A stretch of DNA of 63,825 nt, filler included, from Octopus bimaculoides (GCF_001194135.2; 7 parts of 5 records of this genome joined end to end with filler, not necessarily neighbours in it), one strand, 5' to 3'; positions 40,721-53,326 are shown, counted from the whole stretch's first letter. Numbers and translations are program-made. Notes: generated by a model from the letters alone, not told the origin.

Positions 40721-43486
40721 TAATCAATTTATTACATGAACTTCAACAACAAAATCATATATGGACCCAGGTTGAAAGCCACTGATATAGAGGCTCTCTT
40801 CCATTGGGTTTGAATGGCTTGGTGCAGTGCTAGACCCAGTGTCCTAGATATGCCTCTAAATATAGACCACACTGCATTGTAAAATACAGTGATTTATTGT
40901 ATAGGATATACTGTAGCAGTGTTGGCATATTTCATTTTCTCACTGCCCTGTTGGTTTTGATTGAATGGGAATGGTGAGCTTGGTGAAAGTGAGATGTTTT
41001 TCCATTGTACTTTGATGTTGTGCATCCCTGTTTGGTATTGGTAAAGAGGGCTGCAATCTTAAAAAGGGGCAACCATACAGCGTCATGAATTGAAAGTAAA
41101 GGTAAGCATAGGTCATTAGGTTTGGCCTCACTGATGGGACATAGAAAGAAACTAATACAAATATGTAAAACTATATATATATACATATATATATCGTCAT
41201 TATATTCACTGTGGTGGTATTTTTTACCATATCGCACGAGGAGTTTTAGGCAGGCAATTTAAATTGGTTGTGTGCATACGTGCATATATATTTGTGTATA
41301 TGTAAGTATTCATATATTGTAGATATATATATATATACACATACATATTTGTATTTATGTGGTGCTATCTGAGTATATTCCACCAATGAAGGCAGAGCAT
41401 TTCTTATGCAGAGCCAGAAATCTGGGATCTGGAATTATCCAGTAATTTTTTGCTAGTTTATTTTGTCTCTTTGTCTTCTCTCCTGGTGCTGTATGAACAT
41501 TTAATGTGGTTTTAGAGTCAAGGTTTGGTTGCTATTTCAAGCATGGTGGTATCTCTTAGATACCCTAAATTATAATTTATATATATACATTAATATATAT
41601 ATATATATATAAATCAAGTCATTTTAATAATCTATAGGAAGACTTAGCTTTTAAATATCTGTGACATATCTGTGTGTGTCTACCCTATTTATATCAAAGA
41701 ATCAAATTATACAGTTAAAAGGTGTAAGTTTAAATTATTAGTCTCAACTAGAACACCAGATAAGTGTTTTGTGAAAAGACTGTTGATGCATAATTGGTAT
41801 TTATTTTTGATGTATTCTCACATTTTATTAAAACTGTTTCACTAAATTGAAAAGTAATTTTGAGAAGATATGAGGTGGAAATGTGTTAAATTCAAGTTGT
41901 TTAAAGAATATACTGGTTATTATATATATATACTGCACTTATTTTATGTTGACAGCTTACCATGTTTCTGTTGAAATACACAGTCTTTGTTTGAATTTAG
42001 GAAATAACATAGAATTCATTGAAATACTTCGCTGTTATTATGCAGCTGTTTGGAACATAAATCAGCATGAATTCCTTTAAAACAGGGAGTTTGTATCATA
42101 GAATTAAAAGCAGTCTTGGGGAGGTTGGTATCAAAAAGCTAAAATTTATCTAAATTTGTCTAATTAAGCTTTGTTATTGATTCTGATATTAGGTTAGCTT
42201 TTTTTGGTATTAAAATTGAAATTATTGATCAGATTTAGGTCTTTTTCTTTTTTTAATCTGTTCAGAATGTTGCAAATTTTGATTAAGTTTATTATTTAGA
42301 TTTTCATTAAATATTTTATTTAAAGAGCCATATATGATTGTAAAGTTGAATTGTTGACTGTCATGAGTTCCTGTCTTACTACAGTCATCAAGAATGAATA
42401 TTGTATTCATGACATGACAGTGATAATAGTATGCACTTGAGGATTTAATTTAAAGGTCTTGAATAAATCTGTGAGTATACCTATTTGATGACAACTACAG
42501 AAGCAGCTCTACATTTTTAATGATCAATCAGTGTTTAGTGCCAGGTTATATTAAGAGGCATAACTAGTCACTAAACGTTGTATTAGTAGCAGCACAGACA
42601 ACAGACCAACTATGCAGTACTAGTGCTGCAGTGATAGGCAGGCTTTTACTAACATCTCAGCTATACTGACTTTATCAAACAACCAAGTTATTGGCTTTTA
42701 CTAGCAGCTCAGATAAGTGGTGGGAGCAGCAGCAGCTTGATAGTGACACCACTTCAGTTATTACTATCTAATGAACTATTGCAGCAACTAGCTCTATGGT
42801 GACATGACTACAATTCCAGTTATGCATTGGAACAACTAAAGCAATGAATGGTCTTTTATAGCTGCAGTTTTCACATAGAAAACTTTCTGTAATAAATGAT
42901 AGTAACTTACCTCCCAGTTTAGCTGTCATAAAAAAGCATATAATATCAGGAATAAAATAATGTATGCATGCACATATCATACAAATTCGCTTGCATGAAA
43001 GCATATAATATACAGAGTCACTTGTATGAGCATATATATCATACAGACTTATTTGTATAAATGCACATATTTCAGATACACTTATATGAGTATAGAATCA
43101 CTTGTCTAAGTGTCCACATCATATAGGCTCCTTTGTGTGGATGCACATCAAACAAATTCAGTTCCATGAATGCATTCACTGTACAACTTCAATAAAAACC
43201 TTTCTGTCAATCCAATGCTAACATAGAAAATGGATGTAAAACAGCAAAGTAAAGATTTACAATACATTTTCTTTACTTTTATTATTCTCTTACTGCATAA
43301 GATATTTAAGTGTTATTGTTGGATTTCCTATTATATATTCACCAACCATTTCACTTTGAGGAAGAGTGAAAGTTGACTGAATTAAATAAAAGTGAACTCA
43401 AACCAAATGGTTTGAAATTGTAATCTTTAGTCCATAACTACTCAGCTGTCGTATCCATTTTTAATATGTATTATATTGGACTGCTA

Positions 43487-43850
43487 TCATCATCATCATC
43501 GTCGTTTAACGTCCGCTTTCCATGCTAGCATGGGTTGGACGATTTGACTGAGGACTGGTGAAACCAGATGGCTACACCAGGCTCCAATCTGATTTGGCAG
43601 AGTTTCTGCGGCTGGATGCCCTTCCTAACGCCAACCACTCAGAGAGTGTAGCGGGTGATTTTACGTGCCACCGGCATGAAGGCCAGTCAGGCAGTACTGG
43701 CAACAGCCACACTCAAAATGGTGTATTTTATGTGCCACCCGCACAAGAGCCAGTCCAGGGGCACTGGCAACGATCTCGCTCGAAAGTCCTTACACATGCT
43801 GCGGGCACAAGTGCCAGAAAGGCAATGCTGGGCACAGGTGCCATCACAAT
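43487..43850 (-). mobile_element. RTE-tail repeat with (GAT)n tail; near-identical copies at ~51423-51752 and ~52195-52443
   Basis: catcatcgtttaacgtccgctttccatgctagcatgggttggacg..ctggatgcccttcctaacgccaaccactcagagagtgtag shared with few differences by all three copies. Confidence 0.85.
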
Positions 43851-44084
43851 TTCTTTTTATATATTGAAAACCAGAAACAACCACTTTTGTTAAATCTTGA
43901 CAAGTGGAGAATAAGTTTTAACTTCTACATTTCATAAAATAGCCCATTACTGAAATGTCTTAATATATAAAACATTATAACAGCTACATGAGGTTGTGAA
44001 ATGTTATGATAAAAATAGAAATTAGAGTTATGCAATTAATATTGTTTTAATAAATAAGCTATTCAGGTTTTTATGTTATTATGC

Positions 44085-44240
44085 TTAGTGACATTTCTTC
44101 TGGTTCTTTACTTTCTGAGGTCAAATCCAGCTTATGTCATTTGTGTCTTTCATTCTTTTTTGGGGTTAAAAAATTAAGTATCAGTCAGACACTGAGGTTG
44201 ATATAATCAACTTTCCTCGACCCACTTAAATTGCTTAAAA
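44085..44240 (+). mobile_element. Family-A SINE, CpG-decayed, just upstream of the first STAMBP coding exon
   Basis: atgcttagtgacatttc...tttcattctttttggggtt..aattaagtatcag..ggttgatataatcaac. Confidence 0.65.
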
Positions 44241-44299
44241 CTATTATTATTATTGCTTATACATTTTTTTTCTTTTCTGTTTACTAGCTCACATATTAC

Positions 44300-44496
44300 A
44301 TGATGTTTGAAAACATCCATGATCCGCATGCTCGTACACGAGCTCTGTGTGAGTTTGGATCTCAAGTTACAATTGATAAATCAGTTGCACCAAAGCAGTA
44401 TTTCCGATCTGGTTTGGAAATGTTACGAATGGCTGCTGTTTATCACGAAGAAGGGAATTTAGAACCAGCCTTTATACTTTATTCAAAGTTTATAAC
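44300..44496 (+). CDS. STAMBP: STAMBP/AMSH-like deubiquitinase, first coding exon (MIT/USP8-dimerisation domain)
   Basis: [66 protein letters not shown] matches the AMSH N-terminus (YFRSG.E..RMA..Y.EEGN.E.AFILY.K.IT). Acceptor ...ttctgtttactag at 44287; donor ac|gtaagt at 44497 (phase 2). Confidence 0.93.
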
Positions 44497-44710
44497 GTAA
44501 GTTTACATATTTCTAAATTTTCTCTTTGCTTCTATTATTTTGAAATATTTGTCAAATTTTAACATGTCACTTTCAAAATAATATTTTTCTTTTCATTTTT
44601 CTTTTAAAACTTTTTTCTTATTTAACCTTGGGCAAGTGTCTTCTATAGCCTTGGGCTGACCAAAGCTTTGTGAGTGGATTTGGTAGACAGAAACTGAAAG
44701 AAGCCTGTCG

Positions 44711-44747
<37 letters not shown>

Positions 44748-44969
44748 ATCTGTCTTTATCACTCCACCATCGCTTGACGACCGATGTTGGTGTATTTATG
44801 TCCCGTAACTTAGTGGTCCGGCAGAAGAAATTGATAGAATAATTACTAGGCTTACAAAGAATAAATCCTGGGGTGATTTCTTTGACTAAAATCCTTTAAG
44901 GCAGTACTCCAGCATTGCTGCAGTCAAATGATTGAAACAAGTAACAGGATAAAACCTCTTGGATAGTAC

Positions 44970-45300
44970 TATTGCTGCATACAGATGTCCTAGATCTCAT
45001 CCAGAAAGAAGCCACCCAACTGATTAGCATAAAGTCACTCATAGATATGCACCAGCCCCTGGTCCACTGGCATGCTGTCTCCTCTCCCTCCCTTTTCTAC
45101 CCCTACTATAATGACTTTTTGCTTCTTGAAGCTGGCTGGGTTTATGCCATCTCCACTCTGGCATTCCTGTCCCACTCATATCTCCTCTGCCATCATCCTC
45201 GCATCTAACTCTACTCACCAGGCCTTACACTAATCACCATGACAAACCCTTTTCTAGAACATCATCCTGTTCATATCTTTCTCACTAGTGTTGACTTAAA
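44970..45300 (+). mobile_element. CR1/L2-type LINE 3' fragment
   Basis: LDLIQKEATQLI..QPLVHWHAVSSPSLFYPYY resembles the LD.IQ..A..LI...L.HRR.V..L.LFY.YY tail. Confidence 0.55.
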
Positions 45301-45399
45301 AGATTCAAGAGGAACATTTATGGTATAGGAGGGCTTGAAAAGGCCAGGGGTGCAGCCCCCTACCTCCAGACTCAGTATTTGAAAAAAAAAAAAAGAAAT

Positions 45400-46250
45400 G
45401 AATGTATTGTGTCATCCTATAAATAATGCGCTTTTTTTTTTAACTTTTATTTTTCAAAATTATGATAAAGTTCTTTTTTAATCTAAAATATACTCTTCTT
45501 CATTTTCTACAATGCTCTTCCATCTATCTGGTAGACTTGCAAGTCCCCTCTTCCAAAATTCAGTTGTCTATGATGAAAAATACTCCTTCAGTACTGTTCT
45601 GATCTCATCTACAGATTTCATATTTTTTCCGTCCAAATGATTTTGAAGGCTACGGAATAAATGATAATCAGATGAAGGAAAAATCTGGCAAATATGGTGG
45701 GCATATTCCAGCCTTGGGAATGTTATCTATGCTGTATGTGACTGAACATTATCCTGATGGAAGAACACTTTTTGTCTTGAAACCAAAGATGGTTGTTTTT
45801 CTTCTAGTGCTGACTTGAATGACTAAATCTAAGCTTCTCTGCTAGTTTTCCATCAGTTATGATGGGATTTTGTTCCACCAGGTTTTGCAGGATGTCCTTG
45901 TTGAGCTCTACAGATCTTCCAGGACGAGGCTCACCTTCTAGGCTATATTTTCCGGCTTGGAATTTCTGGCACCACCGTTGACATTGGCTTATGCTTATTG
46001 TCCGATCCCCATACACTGCATTAATATTTCTTGCACTTTCCCTTGCGTTGTTGCCTATATTGAACTCATAAAGCATGATATGCCAAATATGCATTTTTGT
46101 CACTTCCATTATAGCTTTGAGAAAATAACTGTTAAAATGAAACTGCACTCTTCAAAACTTGCACTAAAAATAAAGACAAGGTAAAATTGCTACCTGCTTT
46201 TATAGAAAGTTGATGCAGGTAGTTATCCTGCCCACCTCTGACTTTTAGTT
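45400..46250 (-). mobile_element. Mariner transposon, internally deleted
   Basis: N-terminal HTH (IMLYEFNIGNNARESARNIN..WCQKFQAG..EPRPGR) joined to C-terminal FHQDN..PPY.PD..SDYHLFRSLQNHL..RW..IVEN.EEYILD. Confidence 0.85.
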
Positions 46251-47778
46251 CATGTAATTGAAAAACCACATTATTTATGGGATGACCCAATATTATTGCA
46301 AAGGTTTTTGTGTAGCATGGTAATATTTTATCCAGGAGCTCTAAGAGGCTTAATAGCACTATTGCTTAATTTTGGTTAGATGATGATAAGCAGATGTGTA
46401 ATGCATCTCACTTGGATGTAATGTTTGTTTTTCATAAGTAATGGTGTTAGAATATTTTCAACAACAAATATGTGTGCTGGTCAAATAGACAAAGTAGGTT
46501 TGTAGAAAAAGTCCTAAATTCAACAAAAGGTAATTATATTGATAAGGTATTAAATTTTCCTTTTGCTAAAGTTAGCATATCTTCTAAGTGTTTGTATACT
46601 CTGGTTATATAATGCAAAATCACTTGGTTTCATAGTATTTAGTAGCATTTATTTGAGTTACTTAAAATAACAACATATTTTAAGAACCTGATCAGAAATG
46701 CACATTACTAAACTTTAATGAGATTGTCCCTCTAGTTTCTGTCATTTAACAATGAGATTAGCATTTCATTCATCAGCATCATTGTTACATCTGCTTTTCC
46801 ATGCTTGCATGTGTTTGATGGGTTCTTTCCAATGCAGTGTCTTGCCATTTGTTTGCATTCTTTTGTTATCTGCTTTGAGAGGTTTAGTATCCCAAGCTCA
46901 GATTTTACCACTTTTTCTATGTTCCCCTTGGTCTTCATGTTCTGCAGTTTTCTTCCATTTGGATCTCAAGGCACTTTTTTTCCCCTTATCCTTCATATGT
47001 ATCATATGTCCATATTAGTGGGCATGTAATGTGTGTGGAAAAGATCAGATTTTTCTAACAATTGGGTAAATGTCTACAGTTCTGGGCTGACCGAAGCCCT
47101 GTAAGTGTATTTGGTAGATAGAAACTGAAAAGAATCATAGTGTGTGTTTTTGTCTACTTGCCTTGACATTGCATAATAGATGTAAATGAGTGTCACTCAT
47201 TCATTTCCTATAGTCTCCAAAAATATTTCTGGCCATTGGGGGAAATATTATCCTGCTTTGAAACAATTGAGGGTTGGTGATAAGAAGGGTGCCTGGCTAT
47301 TGAAAATCTGCCTCAATAAACTCTGTCTGAGCCATGTGAACATGGAAAAGTAGACATTAAAATGAGAATGAATACATTTTGAACAAGGGCAAAATCAATT
47401 AAACCATCTCCAGTATTTGAGTGATGCATTTATATATTATTTTCAACTTTACTTTTCACTAGGAAAGATGAAAGGTAAAATTTGAATTGAGAACATAAAG
47501 AGTTGTGAACTAACTACAAGTCACTTTTGCCTTTCACTGTACCAATTCCACCACTTAATTTTAATACTAATTGCTATTTAAAAAATTATTTGAAGTAAGA
47601 TAAATTTTAGCCAATAACTTGTTGAGTGAAGTCTTCTGAGACTGACTCCAAACAGATGAGCAGATAAGATAACCCTAGAATAACTGACATTCTCCTTCAT
47701 TTCTTCAGCATTTTCTCCTAACGATTATAAGTTAGTATTGCCACAGTATTTTAATTTGTTTTCTACTTTTAACTTCAG

Positions 47779-47854
47779 GTTATTTGTGGAGAAGCTGCCA
47801 GCACATCCTTTATATAAAAGTTCAGAAGCTGCTGTTGTTGCTGATAATAAGAAG
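47779..47854 (+). CDS. STAMBP: STAMBP/AMSH-like, second coding exon
   Basis: Acceptor ttttaacttcag|g, donor aag|gtatgt. 76 nt; completes the phase-2 Thr codon, then LFVEKLPAHPLYKSSEAAVVADNKK (cf. AMSH LFIEKLPKHRDYK). Confidence 0.9.
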
Positions 47855-48159
47855 GTATGTAGATAAAAAATTTGATGTTTTCTTTTTCTCATTACATTGA
47901 GGACTGTCACCAGATAATGGAGGAGCTCCAGTGGTTGCATGAGTTGCTAGAAATAGCAACCAAATCACACGTTCTATATATCAGAAAATGTATTCTTAGG
48001 TATATGAGAAGGTGACAAGGTCATAAGTTTGTTCAGTCAAGACTAACTTAGGAACAGTTACTTTCTTCCCCATGGTGTTTTTCAAATCCTAATCTCTAAA
48101 CCTGCAAGCTATAATTAATCTGTACAAATCTTGTTTTTTTGTTTCTGATCCAAGTTTGA

Positions 48160-48900
48160 GTATTAATAATCCGATGGCTGTTTCTGGGGATCCAGTTGTC
48201 CAGTCAAATAAAAGATATTTATATTTGTTATTGGACACCACCTCCTTCTTCAGGGAAAAGGCAAGAACTAGAGAGATTCACATTTACTGCATTTTCATAA
48301 ATGGAGATGCATGAGGACAGGAAAGAGAAGTGTTTGTTTTAGGAAGATTAGTGGGAAGAGGAGATACAATGTGGTGTAAAACAAAGTTACTGATGGTTCT
48401 ATAGGTAGAAGGTAAGAGGAGGGGAGTATGGTTTAAGTATTTAGAATGTTTCAATGGGTGTGGAAGCTGGTTCTCAACTCTATCCAGAATCATCAAAATA
48501 CATAAAAGTTGAGTAAAATCTATGCTTACAAGAGTAGATAGCATCAGAATATTTAATATTGAGGAATTGGGAAGACAGAATAATTAGTGATCCTTTTATG
48601 CATAGTTTGCATTTACCTACCTTGTAGGTATTGCAAAGGGGAGCTTCTCTTATTATGGACCAAGTTAGTGTATGTTGTATATTTTGTAACTTAAGATTAT
48701 GTATTGCTAATGAGGTCGAAAATTTTGATTTTGTCTTAGTGAAGTAATTTAAATGAGCTCCATAACAACACTTAAAATCTGTAGTACTGCCAATATGGAC
48801 CATTACTTGGTGTGTGCCTGGTGTTTCTACATGACATTTATAAATCATGTTTTTGCACAGACAAATCTTGGAAGCAGGCATGAGTTAGGAATGCAGCAAT
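48160..48900 (-). mobile_element. Penelope-like GIY-YIG endonuclease remnant plus pseudo-LTR
   Basis: ORF 48480-48881: CLCKNMIYKCHV..HIGSTTDFK..H..FT..STSLA..LK...TWSII..CKLCIKG. Confidence 0.75.
48170..48256 (-). ncRNA. Type-I hammerhead-like motif (decayed) downstream of the Penelope endonuclease
   Basis: Minus strand TCC|CTGAAGA|AGGAGGTGGTGTCCA..TGGACAACTGGATCCCC|AGAA|ACAGCCAT|C|GGA. Confidence 0.45.
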
Positions 48901-49088
48901 TAAATGTTTTCCTTCTTATTCCACTGTTATTATTGGTTGTGTTGTTGTTATTGACTGGACTAATATTGGTTGCGGTATAAGAATTTAGGTGTGTAGCAGT
49001 CTGAAGTTGGAGCTTCCGTCTATTAAGAGAGGCTATTATGTATACTTAGTTTGGTGTGGTGGACTAAGATAATTTCACTGATGATTTG

Positions 49089-50653
49089 TGTTATATCGCA
49101 CATTCAGATGACCTCTACTCAACTACCTCAACATCTAGACTTCTCTCTCTATATCTACGTATTGGGCTAGCTTACTTCATCGTCTGGGGGTGTCAACACA
49201 ACACTTCCCCTTTTGAGTTTTTTAAACCCGAATTTATCAATTTTATTTCCTCGGTGAGAAACTGGCATATCTTTTTCTCTTAACATTAATTTCCATCATT
49301 TCTGTAGGTTTTCTTTTCTTGTTCAACCTACATGTTGGTTCTGCTTTTGCTTGTGGTTCTGGGACCTTGAACAATCATACCATAAATCCATTGGTTCTTC
49401 TCGCCTCTCTTGGTTTTTGGTATATCTTTTTTTAAATTGGTTTAAATGCCTTCTGTGTTCATATTTTGGTCCTTTTACCATGTACATCACGTTACCCAGA
49501 TGTCCAGTTATACTTCCTAGTTTCCAGTCTGGTTTTCCGTTACTCTATATTTTAAAATACACTTTGTCACCTGTGTTAAAAAATTTCGTTTTTCTTCCCA
49601 AATTTTCTATTTTCTGTTTCCTGCTCGGCAACCATTTGTCAAAAATAGAACGAATTTTTCTGGAAAACATCAAATCTGCGGGTGACCTATCTGACTCTGC
49701 ATTTGGATTTGGTGTTATTCTATACACCTGCAAAAACTTTGTCATATTTGTATCTTCAAGGATTTCCCGTCTGGTCTTCCTTAAGGCTCTCTTAATGTGT
49801 TGACGAATCTTTCCGCTAACCCATTTGACCTTGGATGGTATGGCGGAGTTAACACATGCTTCATCTGAACCGACTTACAGGATCTTTCAAACTCCTTTGC
49901 TGTGAATTGTGTACCATTATCTGACACAATCATATCTGGCACTTCATAACGAGCGAACAGCTCTTCCAAGAAGTCAGTAGTCACACTTGTGGTTGGCCTT
50001 CGACATTTACACTCTTCAGGCCATTTGGAATAGCTATCCACCACAATGATATAATGAGAGCCATTTATTGGTCCTGCGAAATGCACATGTAGTCTAGACC
50101 ATGCCGAATCCGTTTTTGGCCATGGCTGAATCTGCACTGGGGGCGCCCTTGCTGCCAAAGTGCATCCCCTACACTGTTTTACCAATCTCTCAATTTGCTT
50201 GTCCATATTCAGCCAATAAACGTAACTTCTCATAAAGCTCTTTATCCGGACAATCCTCGGATGTCCTACATGAAAATCTTTTAATACTCTGTTTTGCAGT
50301 ACTTCAGGTATTACCACTCTTTGCGCGTATAATAATACCTCATCACATAATGAATAGTGCTTTGAACCTCTGTCCCGCTCATATTTTTCGTGTTACACAA
50401 CATTTAAAAAATCTTCTTTATAATTTATCATTTCCCGATTTCAATTTAATTTCTTCCTGTATTACTGGCAAATCACTTACTACATTGCACAAAATGTTCT
50501 TCAGTTCCATTTCTAGTTTTAATGATGCAATCACTATGTCTTCAAAAGTTCCTCATATTTTGGAATTAGCCTAGTCTGCATGTCCCATTTTCATTGATGG
50601 CAAAAACTCCATCTGGAAATTGTAGTTCAACAGAGTAGTCCCCCAGCGCTGTA
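49089..50653 (-). mobile_element. Ty3/Gypsy LTR retrotransposon, 5'-truncated (RNase H end, integrase, PPT, short 3' LTR)
   Basis: LQRWGTTLLNYNF..GHAD; HHCC zinc finger (FHVGHP..CRGC); core VVDSYSKWPE, IVSDNGTQF, PPYHPRSNGLAERFV. PPT AAAAGGGGAAG (49204-49214 rc) abuts TGTT at 49203; probable ...AACA end at ~49089. Confidence 0.9.
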
Positions 50654-50659
50654 TTTTCT

Positions 50660-50810
50660 CTCTCTGCTTATTTCTGTGTTCCTTTCTGTTGAAGAGCGTA
50701 GGCTCGAAATGTTAAAAACTTCCTCACTTCCCAAGCGTTAAACTAATACATTTGTTTGTTGTTTACACACCCGTCTTCGTCTTTTGATTTTTTAAAAATT
50801 CCAACCATAT
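50660..50810 (+). mobile_element. Short Penelope-pLTR-like repeat carrying a minimal hammerhead-like motif
   Basis: Caps the truncated Gypsy; contains CTGTTGA-A-GAGC-GTAG-GCTC-GAAA followed by a T-rich tail. Confidence 0.45.
50682..50717 (+). ncRNA. Minimal hammerhead-like motif with A6-to-U core variant
   Basis: CTTT|CTGTTGA|A|GAGC-GTAG-GCTC|GAA|ATGT|T|AAAA. Confidence 0.4.
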
Positions 50811-51042
50811 ATGTACACACACACCTTTATATATGAAGGTTCATTATAAGATGACTGTCAGCACTAACTTTATCATTTGATTTTCATGCAGAGTGTGTCC
50901 CTGGGTATATTCTGCAGTCCTCTTTTTTGTCAGATAACAATAATTAGTTTAACTGTTAAACCTTTTGTAATCTATAACTTGCCATGAAGCTAATGCGTGA
51001 CATTTTGTTAATATTTGGTTTACAACTTTATATGTTTTATAG

Positions 51043-51135
51043 AAATTAAAACTAGTATTTCCAATTGCTGAGAAGTTGAAGAAAAACCTAACAGAACAAT
51101 ATGTTGTTGAAGAAAACAAACGAGTAACAGCTGAG
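51043..51135 (+). CDS. STAMBP: STAMBP/AMSH-like, third coding exon
   Basis: Acceptor tgttttatag|, donor gag|gttagt. 93 nt, phase 0/0, KLKLVFPIAEKLKKNLTEQYVVEENKRVTAE (cf. AMSH KLKEIAFPKAEELK). Confidence 0.88.
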
Positions 51136-52739
51136 GTTAGTATTAAATTGTATCATTTCACTTAGTCATACACATCATCATTTAACATCCACTTTACTAT
51201 GCTTGCATGGGTTAGACAAAATTCTTTGAAGCAAGTTTTCTATGGCCACATGTCCTTTCCTTCACCAACCCTCACTTGTTTCCAAGCAAGGTAGTATTAA
51301 CCTATGACTGGACATATTTTCATGAAAGATTAAAATTGAATGGCACTGCATTTTATTCTATGCTCTAATGACTTATCTTTTGTGTGTGTGTGTATGAATA
51401 TATATAAATGTGTGTGTGTGTGTCATCATCATCAGCATCGTCGTTTAACATCCGCTTTCCATGCTAGCATGGGTTGGACGATTTGACTGAGGACTGGTGA
51501 AACCAGATGGCTACACCAGGCTCCAATCTGATCTGGCAGAGTTTCTACAGCTGGATGCCCTTCCTAATGCCAACCACTCAGAGAGTGTAGTGGGTGCTTT
51601 TACGTGCCACCTGCACGANNNNNNNNNNTAGTGGGTGCTTTTACGTGCCACCTGCACGAAGGCCAGTCAGGCGGTACTGGCAACGGCCACGCTCAAAATG
51701 GTGTATTTTATGTGCCACCCGCACAAGAGCCAGTCCAGGGGCACTGGCAACAATGTGTGTATATATATATATATATATAACCAGTCATTACCTGCAAACA
51801 AGTCTGGCTTGGTAACCTGTACCATGCTTTGGTTAATTGTTTTATGTAGTCACAAACAGACAAAGACACCCTCTTGATTCTCCCACCCCTTGACCCAGTG
51901 GCATTTCCAGTGTATGATATCTAGGGTGAGAGATAGAGATAGAGAGAGAGCTGTACCAGCACTCAGCTGGTGCTTATTTTCATTGAGTAGACTGGAGTAA
52001 CATGAAATTAAGTGCCTTGCTCAAGGATACATGTTGCCCAGTCCAGGAATTGAACCCATTGCATTATGATCGCAAACTGATTATCCAAACAACTAATGTA
52101 TATATGTATGTATATATCTGTCTATCTTTATGTGACTGTCTGTCTATATCCATCCATCTATATATATATATATATATATATAAATATATAGATATCATCA
52201 TCATCATCATTTAACGTCCGCTTTCCATGCTAGCATGGGTTGGACGACTTGACTGAGGACTGGTGAAACCAGATGGCAACACCAGGCTCCAATCTAAATT
52301 TGGCAGAGTTTCTACAGCTGGATGCCCTTCCTAACGCCAACCACTCAGAGAGTGTAGTAGGTGCTTTTACGTGTCACCTGCACGAAGGCCAGTCAGGCGA
52401 TACTGGCAACGGCCACGCTCGAAATGGTGTCTTTTATGTGCCANNNNNNNNNNNNNNNNNNNNNNNNNNNNNNNNNNNNNNNNNNNNTTAATTAATTAAN
52501 NNNNNNNNNNNNNNNNNNNNNNNNNNNNNNNNNNNNNNNNNNNAAAAGCCGGATGGAGACGGGATAAACTACCTGCGTCAACTTGCTATAAAAGCAGGTA
52601 GTAATTTTACCTTGTATTTATTCTTAGTGCAAGTTTTGAAGAGTGCGGTTCCATCTGTGTGCATAATATTACACAATTCATGAATCTTATTTGATACATG
52701 GTTAAGCTTTTTCATCGAATTCGCGATTAAAAGTTTTCA

Positions 52740-52935
52740 TAAGTCATCTCCCTGGGTCCAGCAGACCAAATGGTCAAGCCATTGCCCCGAAGGATGGCGA
52801 GGGGGGTGCGCTGAAACAGCCACTCTGACTTACAGGGTTCGTGCTTGCGGACAGCCATCGCCGACCCGATAGCGCTGAGATGAGAAATATTCCGGGGGCC
52901 AAGAACGCCGGAGAGCTCCACTACCACTCTTTTTT
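52740..52935 (-). mobile_element. CRE-like (RLE) LINE C-terminal fragment
   Basis: LGPRNISHLSAIG..EWLFQRTPLAILRGN resembles the (W/F)L.QRLS.AIQRGN terminus of CRE-type elements. Confidence 0.5.
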
Positions 52936-52974
52936 CTTTCTTTCTCTCTCTATCCCCCCCCCCTCTCTCTCTCT

Positions 52975-53270
52975 TAGGCCGCTTGAATCCTCGGGGAACA
53001 TAGGGTCGCAACAACATTTTTCCAAATGACGCGGTTCTGAGGGATACTCTTCATCCCGGCCCCTGTCATTCCAGCTGCCCTCACCTTTGCGTCAACGCTC
53101 TTGTGTCAAGACTATTTGGGTCGGCCCACTTTTCGCTTCCCCAATGGGTTCCAGTCAAGGTCCTTGGTGACATTTGGTGCAGGCCTTCGTAGCGTGTGGT
53201 GGCCTATCCATCTCCAGAACAACTGTGCGACAGGACAAGACAAGCTCCACTGCCACTGGCTCGATCATAT
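52975..53270 (-). mobile_element. RTE-clade LINE 3' end
   Basis: WRWIGHTLRRP..DWNPLGKRKVGRPK..QNRVIWKNVVATLCS. Confidence 0.75.
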
Positions 53271-53318
53271 TAGTATTATGAAGAGAAACGCATCTAATTA
53301 CGCAATAAAGATATTTTA

Positions 53319-53326
53319 TGACGTCA
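53319..53326. promoter_or_regulatory. CRE palindrome (TGACGTCA) upstream of the nested gene
   Basis: Exact TGACGTCA about 155 bp upstream of ATG 53481; function not shown. Confidence 0.25.
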
